Below, piece after piece: positions 23,701-33,801 of a stretch of DNA of 64,000 nt (its first letter is position 1; the number at the start of each line of letters is the position of its first letter). The stretch is from the NCBI RefSeq assembly GCF_001194135.2, contig NC_068989.1, forward strand, positions 1,039,846 to 1,103,845. Reading direction: 5' to 3'. Both the position numbers and the translations under genes were made by a program. This DNA is from Octopus bimaculoides. Lineage: Eukaryota. The notes under the pieces were generated by a model. It did not search any database, was not told the origin of the DNA, and saw only the letters and a program-made list of their open reading frames with translations.

Positions 23701-24930
23701 CCTTGTGAGTGGATTTGGTAGATGGAAGCTGGAAGAAACCCATCATATATATATATATGTATATATTTATGAGTGCGTGTCCTTGTGTCTGTGTTTATCC
23801 CCCCACCATCACTTGACAACCGATGTTGGTGTGTTTATGTCCCCAATAACTTAGCAGTTTGGCAAAAGAGACCGACAGAATAAGTACTAGGCTTACAAAG
23901 AACAAGTCCTGGGATCGATTTGTTCGACTACAAGCGGTGCTCCAGCATGGCCGCAGTCAAATGACTGAAACAAGCAAAAGAATAAAAGAAGATGATTGCA
24001 CTGATACTCACGATTTGTAAATATGGAATACTGACATTAAACGCTTCATTCATTGTGGCATTCCAAACCACCCGGATATTTGTGATATAAAAAGTACCAA
24101 GGTTACCCTGGAATGATTAAAGACATTGTTAGCAATCGAAGGAATGTGAGATGTACAGGTTCTGATGCCAGTTAAATTTCAGCGAGTTAAACCATCGCCA
24201 GATTGCAATTGAAGTTAACCTTGGCTTTGTATAATCACTGCTGAGTTAAAATCATTCTTGAGAGTGTGGTTCGTTATGGGGAGGTGTCTTGGAGAAATGC
24301 TTATTGATTAAATTTAGGGTTGTGTTAGTGTTTAAAATTTATTCATGTATGTAGAACATTGTAAGCAGGTGTGGATATTTAATTATTTTCGGTTTTATTG
24401 GATTTAATCTTTTGCTTGACAATACAAAAGTCAAAATTTAGTCCTAATAGTTTCATGTGTCAACTTTTTTGTCATAAAATTTTCATGAGTTCACAGAACA
24501 TTATAAGTTGGTAGCATGTTTTAGCTGATCAGTTTCTTTATACTTGTAGTTGTTGGTTATTTAGGACATTTCCCATTTGTATTTGGAAGGTGGGAATTAT
24601 TAGTCAGGCATATTATGGTGTTGCTAGTCTAGTAATTTGTTTTCCCTGTGCTTCGGCCTTCACAAATGGACATGGACAGGCATAGGAGTTGTCGGTCTGC
24701 ACATTGCTCTCTTGGTGTTCATTGTTCCATAAACAATTTGATTAAATATGTAGAAATTATTAACCCTTGAGGTTTATGGGTGTCGGGTGTGGGTTATGGG
24801 TTTATGAATATCTCTTCAAATCTATTTCAAACGTGGGTATTTTACAGTATATTATTGTAGGCCTCTGGATATGTGTGAAAGTGGGTCACAGCTATGATCA
24901 CACCTATAGCCATGTCTGCACTTACATATA

Positions 24931-24990
<60 letters not shown>

Positions 24991-27900
24991 TATAATCACA
25001 CTTGCATACATACACACACACACATACCTGGTTGCTGGAGAGATTCCAAACACCATTGACTTTGCTGCACAGTTGTTCCAATGGCAGTAACTTCAGCTCT
25101 TTGTTTTCTATCAGGGCTCCTCTTAGTTTCAGCTGACGGTACAGCCGAGTCGTGTCGTATGCTCTGTAATACATACAAATATAATACCTAAATACATGCT
25201 CTGTAATACACACACACACACACACACGCACAAGTACCAGGAACTACATAATCCAACCAAGAACAAGTCCTTTTGTTTATTATGACTATGATAGTCTCGC
25301 ATAGTTTGAAAAGTAAGGGTGACATTGATCTTCCAACATTGGACATTTGTGAAGTATTGAAGCAATTATTTTTGCTCCTGGATATTCTTCCTAACGGGAA
25401 CAATTCATTAATATAAGAAGAAAATGATTCAAAACCTACCTGTATATTGCAATAACAGATGTGAAAAGTCTTGGAGACCCCGGCACCTAAACAAACCAAT
25501 ATAAAATACATGTTTCATGACTTTACAATGTTTAAGGATTTCATAAAAACACAAAAAAAGTCTTTTAATGTCATTTCCTGATTAGTTTCTGTATTTTCTT
25601 GTTGTTTAGCTCCAAGTCAGTTCTGATCTGAGAGGAGATCTTTGAAGAAATGTTCTTCCACCTTTGACCATCTCATCTTTTTTTCAAGCAGTGTATATAT
25701 ATATNNNNNNNNNNNNNNNNNNNNNNNNNNNNNNNNNNNNNNNNNNNNNNNNNNNNNNNNNNNNNNNNNNNNNNNNNNNNNNNNNNNNNNNNNNNNNNNN
25801 NNNNNNNNNNNNNNNNNNNNNNNNNNNNNNNNNNNNNNNNNNNNNNNNNNNNNNNNNNNNNNNNNNNNNNNNNNNNNNNNNNNNNNNNNNNNNNNNNNNN
25901 NNNNNNNNNNNNNNNNNNNNNNNNNNNNNNNNNNNNNNNNNNNNNNNNNNNNNNNNNNNNNNNNNNNNNNNNNNNNNNNNNNNNNNNNNNNNNNNNNNNN
26001 NNNNNNNNNNNNNNNNNNNNNNNNNNNNNNNNNNNNNNNNNNNNNNNNNNNNNNNNNNNNNNNNNNNNNNNNNNNNNNNNNNNNNNNNNNNNNNNNNNNN
26101 NNNNNNNNNNNNNNNNNNNNNNNNNNNNNNNNNNNNNNNNNNNNNNNNNNNNNNNNNNNNNNNNNNNNNNNNNNNNNNNNNNNNNNNNNNNNNNNNNNNN
26201 NNNNNNNNNNNNNNNNNNNNNNNNNNNNNNNNNNNNNNNNNNNNNNNNNNNNNNNNNNNNNNNNNNNNNNNNNNNNNNNNNNNNNNNNNNNNNNNNNNNN
26301 NNNNNNNNNNNNNNNNNNNNNNNNNNNNNNNNNNNNNNNNNNNNNNNNNNNNNNNNNNNNNNNNNNNNNNNNNNNNNNNNNNNNNNNNNNNNNNNNNNNN
26401 NNNNNNNNNNNNNNNNNNNNNNNNNNNNNNNNNNNNNNNNNNNNNNTTTAAGTCATGTAGCAGACAGTGACAAAAGGTTATCAAAAACCTGGCAACTGGT
26501 CATGTGACTAGAGCATTCATGCCCAGTTGCGTGTTTCACATATTTGTTAGGTCAAATGAGGGTGACGTGATCACTGCTATTCAATATGGTAACTGCTTAA
26601 AGGACCCCTTATATCTTTGCTTGAATATTTTATTTCAATGCTTTACAACTGGATTCAAATAAATAGTTACTAGGCATGTTCTATTGGTTTCAAATTTTGA
26701 CACAAAGCCAACAATTTTGTGGGAGGGGTAAGTTGATTATTTTACTGGTATTTATTTTATCAGCACTGAAATGATGAAAGGCTAAGTTGACCTTGGCAGA
26801 ATTTGAACTAAGGATGTAGAGATGGATGAAATGCTGGCAAGCAGTTCTCCCAGGGCACTAATGGCTCTGTCAGCTCACTGCCTTTCCCAGACTCATTTGG
26901 TTGACAACAAAGCTGAGATTTAGTGGAATCCACTCAGTAATAACAGATTAACAAACAACACTGATGACAAATAACCCCAAAATATGGAACCTGTTGACAT
27001 ATTTGTGGAAGAACTTGGGAACAAAAGCCAAGTTGCTTACAGCAGCCGATTCTATTGAAATATGGTAGAATGTGCTGAAAAGCAGTTATTACATTTGTAC
27101 AAGTGAATGAAACAAGTCAGTTAATCATAAGTAATTTGGCTCTTTCTATGTAAAAACGAACAAAACTATCAGAAATTGGCAACAGGTTAAAATCTAAACC
27201 CTGAATGAAACACACACACACACACTTGTCAGTTTGCTTTAATGCAATACACATTAACAGATACAATTCTATATTTGAGAGATGAGGAATTATGTACATT
27301 ATTTACATCTGACGGATATGAGGACAAATAGCCGTCAAATGTAAATAATGTAAATAATATTAACAGATATTTCAGACAATATTTTAGATTGTCATTCCAC
27401 TCTTCCACTTGTAAATATATTATCCTTGCAGGGATAACTAGAATATTCCATAATAAAATACAAGTGTTGTCAAAGAACAGATGTAAGTCTTGANNNNNNN
27501 NNNNNNNNNNNNNNNNNNNNNNNNNNNNNNNNNNNNNNNNNNNNNNNNNNNNNNNNNNNNNNNNNNNNNNNNNNNNNNNNNNNNNNNNNNNNNNNNNNNN
27601 NNNNNNNNNNNNNNNNNNNNNNNNNNNNNNNNNNNNNNNNNNNNNNNNNNNNNNNNNNNNNNNNNNNNNNNNNNNNNNNNNNNNNNNNNNNNNNNNNNNN
27701 NNNNNNNNNNNNNNNNNNNNNNNNNNNNNNNNNNNNNNNNNNNNNNNNNNNNNNNNNNNNNNNNNNNNNNNNNNNNNNNNNNNNNNNNNNNNNNNNNNNN
27801 NNNNNNNNNNNNNNNNNNNNNNNNNNNNNNNAGCTACTGTCAACTGACCAATAGCATGGAGGCGGCCAAGCAAAAGGCTTTTCTGTTTATTTAGAATCTC

Positions 27901-30060
27901 ACACAAGTTGCCTTTCAAAAGAAAACTGTGTTATCACCTGTATTATTATATGACTTTTTTTTTCTGTGAATGGTGCTGGGGTAAGGGGAGCTTGAGATGA
28001 CGTTTAGGGTCCAGGAGCAACAGAAGGAAACTTGCAATTACACTTACCAAATTTGTGAAAATGAATTCAAACCGTGTCTGGGCTTTGGCCAAAACATAGA
28101 GGGCATCAGTTGTCCCTCTCAGTTTCTGTAAACACACAAACAAGCGATTAGGGTGAGAATTATAGAAATAAGTAATCAATGATAGTAGTAGTAGTGGTGG
28201 TGGTGGTGGTGGTGGTGATGGCGGTGGTGGTGATCATGGTGAAATCATTGTCAAATGAAACTATTAAACTCCTATCCGGTGGTTTCTAGGTATTGTTTAT
28301 GACAAAAACATTGAACCCTCAACTGGCACAGTCCACTTTGCTTAAATAAGTCTTCTAGATCACGCATAGTGCATCGCTACTAGCAGCAGTGGGAGCACTG
28401 TAATTAAACAGTGTTTCATAAGCTGACAGTGAAGAAGAGGAGGGGGGAGTCTTCATGGCGCACATCTTGCACAGGCAGTGTATATTCTGAGTAATAGGTA
28501 ACACTCAAGTGGAATGTGGACACCTAACATAAAAGCTGTTACTTTTGTAAATGCAATTAAAATAAACCAGAATACCTGTCATTGTCAGGTATATAAATAA
28601 ATGCATAAAAAATTTTTCTAAGCTTGATTAATCTTTCAACAACTTTACATATATGTGTATAAACGTGTGTGTATATATATGTGTATGTATGCATAAGTAT
28701 ACACATATATCAGAAATGTCTTGTGGGTATTTTGGTAGAAAGTTTGGAAATTTTTAGATAATATCTACAGAACTTCTTCAATGTAAAGCTGTAATGCTAT
28801 AGGTTATGTATATAATGGAAACAGTTTGTGGTGATAGGATGGAGAGTAGGTGGGATATTGCATATTTAGCTGTTAGAAAATAAAAAAAAAACTATTGGTT
28901 TGAAATGTTTTAATGTTTTGAAGATTTTGTGTCTGCAGGAAGAGACTAATTCAGAGTTTTGCTTAAGAATTTGATTTCTCAATATGAGAATGTGGTAGAC
29001 TTCATAGATACAAGGTTGGCAGAATTTGTTGTTTCATTGGTATGGTTGTGTGTGTGACAATATTTTCAAATTAATGCTAAATGGAGTATTCTTTGATTTT
29101 AGTGTTGATATATGTTTGGATATTAAGGTATCATTTTTCCTGTTTGGGTTGCAAAAAGTATGTTGGTTGTATCATATCTTAAAGCGGTTTGCTGTATAAT
29201 CCATATACACAATGTAGTAGGATGTGTAGTGTTTGTGGTTACAGTTGTGCTAAAGATGATATTACTCATGCAACAGTTTCAGTTTAGAGGACAGGTTAGA
29301 GGGTTCTACAGTTGCAACTATTGTAGTTGTGTGTGTGGTTTTACTTTTCAACTTCAGAAAGTTTCAGGTGGTTGTAATTATCAACAGTTTTTCTAAGGTT
29401 GCTACTTGTGGAATATAATATTTTTATGTTCTGTTCGTTAATTAGTTTGTGATACTTGTGGTTAGGATGGAAGTGGTTTTGGAGTATTCTGAAAAATAAT
29501 TTGATTATTTGTGTGGAGACTATTGCTTTTTTTAAATCTAAGAAATAGACATATTTCTCTTTTAATATATAATTGCTAATGTCAAATTTTAAAAAATGGA
29601 TTTTGGGTTTTAGTAAAAAAAAAAAAAAATACTCACTGAATTGGCTGTCTTGGTAGCTATACTGATAATACAGCTTAGTCCAATAGCTGCAAGATGATGA
29701 TGATAGGTACACAATTAATCTTGGAAACTGAAAGAAGCTCATTGTATATACATGTATATGTTTGTGTATCTGTGCTTGTACCCCCCACAACATCGCTTGA
29801 CAACTGATGCTGGTGTGTTTACGTCCCCCTAACTTAGCGGTTTGGCAAAAGAGACCAATAGAATAAGTATCAGGCTTACAAAGAATAAGTCCTGGGGTCG
29901 ATTTTCTCGACTAAAGGCGGTGCTCCAGCATGGTCACAGTCAAATGATTGAAACTAAAAAGAAAACACTAAAGATAAAAATACGCAATAAGTGACACACT
30001 GCCATTGGTGGGTCATATTACCAAGTTTTGGATTGATTTACATATCCAGCAGCAACCAAA

Positions 30061-30102
<42 letters not shown>

Positions 30103-33100
30103 AATTAGTTGAATATTTTAATTTGGTAAAAACAATCAACCTCTAAATGATTCAGTTCTCTAAATGCTGACATAATTGGTCAGTTATCAATAATCTTTCG
30201 CAAAGTAGACAAAGTAAATATATTTAATAACGGACAAATAATACTTACACAAATTGATTCTCGGAATAACCTGGGCATGCCAGATAAATCTCAAGTTTGT
30301 TACAATCAGGCGTCCTTGAAAAAATGAAAATAATTAAAGGTGATAGCATTCATAAAGAATGAATTTCTCTTTGTTGTATTTCAGGATGGCAATTTTTTTT
30401 TTCTTTTTGCCAAATAAACACACGCACTATATATTTGTTCTTCACTTATTTATTACTGTTCTTATTTTTTAAAATTATTTTAACTCATGTCCATTGTCCG
30501 GAAATCCTTTGTCACACATCTGTGACCTCTTCAGTGACACTTTTCATTTCCGCGTGTGTTCTTGCTCCAATAAATGATTTTGTTTGCCTGATATAATAAT
30601 ATTGAAAATATTACAATAATTTTACTTAGAGAAGTTTTAACAGCTGCTATTTCCCCAGGCTGGACTGGGTGAGACGTGTGTGTTGAATGATGACATCATC
30701 ACTCATCTCAGTTCTGTGTCATCTCATTTGTGATGCTCCACATTCTGAGACACAACTTCATTTTTTCCTCTTTTATATTTTCTAGTCTGTAACTGCCACG
30801 GGTGTCAGCTCTCAAAACTTCTTCATTCAGCACTCATCATACAATCACAGTCATCTTCACTGCATATGTAAACAGGAATGCTCAATACCCAACCTGTCTC
30901 TCAGTTCATTTTTGTTTCACCCTCCACTAATACAACATGTCTAATCAATCACTTCCACCCAGTCCTTTCAGTTATTGCAATTCATCCATATTCAATTCTC
31001 ATGTCACACCATCAAGAAACAAATATTTTTAAAAGATGAGTTTCAATACAGTCTGTATTTTTACACACAGAGAAAAGCCCTACATTTTAAATAGAACTGA
31101 AAGTCCTACATCTTTCTCTTCAAGCAACTTATATTGTCACTGCAGTCATTTACAAAACTAATTATGTTACCACGGTAATATAAATTACCTCCTGCTTGTA
31201 GCAAGTTGGTGAAGCAGTTCAGCAGTTCCTGCTCCTGCTGTTAATTGCAACTTTGCATTTACCATATCTAAAACTCTCTGACAGTCTGCCAGTGATCTCA
31301 CTTCACCATTTGTTTACAAAGTATTGAGTTCCCATCTGCTGATATTTCCAAGCTTGGAACACTTTTTCTGAGGCTCTACCAGAGATTCTACAATGAGAAC
31401 CAAGTGATCATCATCATATGGAAGTTAGTAAGGAAATATATATCTCAGTCCATGAATGTACTTTAAAATAACAACACCGTTAGAAATAAAATAGCTCAGT
31501 TATACAATCCTAGTCACACACAGACACACACGTGTGTGTGTGTGTATGCATTATACATCTCTCTATCTTTCTATCTATATATATTTATATATATGTACAT
31601 GTGTGTGTGTGTGTATATATATATCATCAGTGTCGTCGTTTAACATCTGCTTCCATGCTGGCATGGGTTGGACGGTTTGACTGAGGGCTGGCAAGCCAGG
31701 TTGCACCGGGCTCCAAACCGATCTGGCAAAGTTTCTACAGCTGGATGCCCTTCCTAACGCCAACCACTCTGAGAGTGTAGAGGGTGCTTTTTATGTGCCA
31801 CCGGCACAAGGGCCAGTCAGGTGGCACTGGCAACGACCACACTCGAATGGTGCTTTTTACATGCCACCAGCATATACATACATACATATACATGCATGCA
31901 CACACACATATGTATATATATACACACACACATGTACATATACACACACACATGTTTATATATGCAAGCTTTTATTTAGTTATCATTGTTTAAACCCTAC
32001 CTCTTTCTCCATTATTCCCTTTTGTGTCTTCCACACTGTCAACAATGTCAACAACTTTCTCCCCACTCCGTGGTTGCATCTGTCTGTAATGAGAGAAGAA
32101 AGTAAAGAATATTCTTGCCAGTATTCATGAAAGTAGCAGCACAAAATCAGTAACATTCTTAAATCAGTAACATTCTTGAAAAAGGTGAAATGAGGCTGAA
32201 TAAGTTGAGAAATCAAATGTGCAGCAGAAATGAGAAGATGGCATTAGTGTTGGAACACGATGTGTTTGAAAGGCATCGGCTGAATGAAGAAATGCCAAGC
32301 ATTCAAATCGGACGAAATCTGCTGAAGATGGAGGCCAAGAAAACACAGGATGAATTGGTGAAGACTCATGTCAAGAATCTGAACCCCATGAAAATGATGA
32401 CGCAGATCTGTGAAGCATGGAATCATATTCTGCTGCAAAAGGAACATTCAAATGTGCAAGAATAGTGAAATGGACATTGCGGAAGTCTGGCTGAATATCA
32501 ATATTTGCATGTCCCACCCTGATATAGACTTTCCCTTCTACCCAAGCAACTCTTCCTTACCCTCTCATTTATGACTTACCTCTCCCACTCCTTCTTACCA
32601 TCACATTCAATCCTCTACCAACACTGTTTCTCATCCATCATCAGGCATAATGAGGTGTAATGAGGGATAGCATTGAATTGGGTCCATATCCAATGTCCTC
32701 TTCTTTACTAATAGCCAGGGCTCTTACCTGTATCACTCTTATTGCAAAGCTCCTGCTTTTACATGTATGATTGAATGAAGGCAAACAATAGCATATAAAC
32801 AGACAACAGTCCCTCCTATTAAATACAACCAACACAGGTATTGTCAAATCACAGAAAAACTGACTTCACCGTCCTTTCCTTTCAAATCCACCCTCCATAA
32901 ATGTATTCTTTCTTCCTCTCCTTCTCCATCACCTGCTTTATACAACCATTTCTCATTTCTCCCTACAAACTCATTTACATCGCCCCTACTTTGCATATAC
33001 ATTGCTCCACCCACCTCACGACCGTCCCTTTCCCGCCAAAAGCCAATATATAAAGCTTGAAAAACTAAACTAAGTCACTGCCTGATGATGGTAAGCAAGC

Positions 33101-33772
33101 AGCAAATTCGAAGTTATTTCAACCATTTCCTTGTAAAAATATGTTCCTCTCCTTAAAAGTATTGACTGGACCATTAATCTAATGTTTGCCTGTACAACTT
33201 GTGTGTACAAGGAGAGACGCCTGTTACCAAAATCGTGGTGCTATGCAGTTGTCAAGAGTTTATTATTGAAAGGAAACAGCGTACAAGTGAAACGTCTGCT
33301 GTATCTGTAATACCAGCCCAAAATTTAACTGAAGCCTGTGTATCAGCTACGCAAACAGACACATAAAGTGTGTGCGTACCGTCATTCATGAGTTTAAATA
33401 AGTTCGTATGTCGTGGAGGAACGCTAAATCTGATGTTTTGGGACTGAGCCTTTGTCTGCGAGGAAAGAAATACTTCTTGCTGATGCAGACACCCATCAGT
33501 TGTCTAGAGTTTTTTTTTATTTACATCCATTCACACGTACCCATTTCTCTCTCTCTCTCTCTCTTTGTATGTATGTATGTGTACATATATATGTATGTGT
33601 GTGTGTGTGTGTATGTATGTACGTATTGCTTGTAGTGTGCGCATAGCGATGTGCTGGTTGATGTGCGCTAGTGTGTGTATGTATTATATTATATTACATA
33701 AGAAAGGTATACATACGCTGATGAAATATCAAATTTAATATCAACATCCTCCCAAACGTTATCAGCGGCCAT
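20722..33772 (-). CDS. BBS5: Bardet-Biedl syndrome 5 protein (BBSome subunit, tandem PH-like domains)
   Basis: Exons 33772-33717 ([18 protein letters not shown]), 32083-32001 ([28 protein letters not shown]), 30314-30249 ([21 protein letters not shown]), 29686-29637 ([16 protein letters not shown]), 28125-28048 ([26 protein letters not shown]), 25486-25440 ([16 protein letters not shown]), 25163-25028 ([21 protein letters not shown]...[11 protein letters not shown]), 24107-24012 ([32 protein letters not shown]), one exon not found, 22360-22226 ([16 protein letters not shown]...EVKEK), 21589-21506 (...[15 protein letters not shown]), 20847-20722 (AYFAD...EPVFS...LAIEKL...LWNVLA*). All GT..AG and phase-consistent; motifs match BBS5 along the whole length. 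Confidence 0.97.
23278..23566. other. Assembly gap (N run) inside BBS5
   Basis: 289 N. Other gaps at about 2225-2489, 3621-4249, 9933-10170, 13448-13894, 18362-18691, 25705-26446, 27494-27831 and 60514-60868, most flanked by microsatellites. Confidence 0.99.
23655..23990 (+). mobile_element. SINE family B copy (BBS5 intron)
   Basis: GGCCAAGTGTCTTCTACTCTAGCCTCGAGCTGACCAAAGCCTTGTGAGTGGATTTGGTAGA...GCGGTGCTCCAGCATGGCCGCAGTCAAATGACTGAAACAAGCAAAAGAATAAAAGA. Confidence 0.85.
24180..24930 (-). mobile_element. Highly degenerate retroelement remnant, possibly Penelope-like
   Basis: Composition and short motifs (e.g. LNLINKHF) resemble the 28900-29620 fossil. No continuous frame and motif order unclear. 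Confidence 0.3.
27262..27360. mobile_element. Collapsed head-to-head remnant of the fold-back element (arm termini only)
   Basis: ATTCTATATTTGAGAGATGAGGAATTATGTACATTATTTACATCTGACGGATA joined to TGAGGACAAATAGCCGTCAAATGTAAATAATGTAAATAAT; both match the arm ends at 51265 and 51620-51673. Confidence 0.7.
28900..29620 (-). mobile_element. Penelope-like element fossil in a BBS5 intron
   Basis: [49 protein letters not shown] followed by SCNCR and a decayed YxxYTxxxFKxxYNQH segment, the PLE linker to GIY-YIG order. Confidence 0.7.
30395..30600 (-). mobile_element. Penelope-type pseudo-LTR-like fragment with degenerate hammerhead (same family as 13933-13977)
   Basis: 30540-30495 on minus: GTGTCA CTGAAGA G GTCACA-GATG-TGTGAC AAAGGATTTC CGGACA. 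Shares stem II with the 13950 copy; G12 of GAAA is lost. Fragment boundaries approximate. Confidence 0.55.
31625..31868 (-). mobile_element. SINE family A copy
   Basis: TTTAACATCTGCTTCCATGCTGGCATGGGTTGGACGG...GGATGCCCTTCCTAACGCCAACCACTCTGAGAG. Confidence 0.85.
32190..32470 (+). mobile_element. Possible Tc1/mariner-type transposase C-terminal remnant
   Basis: ...[16 protein letters not shown] resembles the I..AW..I motif of Tc1/pogo-like transposases. Weak. Confidence 0.3.
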
Positions 33773-33787
33773 CTTATAACAATCAGC

Positions 33788-33801
33788 GTTGCTATGACAA
33801 T
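33788..33801 (-). promoter_or_regulatory. RFX X-box in the BBS5 promoter / 5' region
   Basis: Plus strand GTTGCTATGACAAT (minus ATTGTCATAGCAAC) matches the 14-bp X-box consensus RTHNYYWTRRNRAC at every position, about 15 nt upstream of the BBS5 ATG. BBS genes are established RFX/DAF-19 targets. Confidence 0.8.

Noticed and set aside
33075-33120. CTGATGA...GAAG possible hammerhead
   Set aside because: No stem II pairing and GAAG instead of GAAA. The same applies to the CTGATGAGG motif on the minus strand near 47585.
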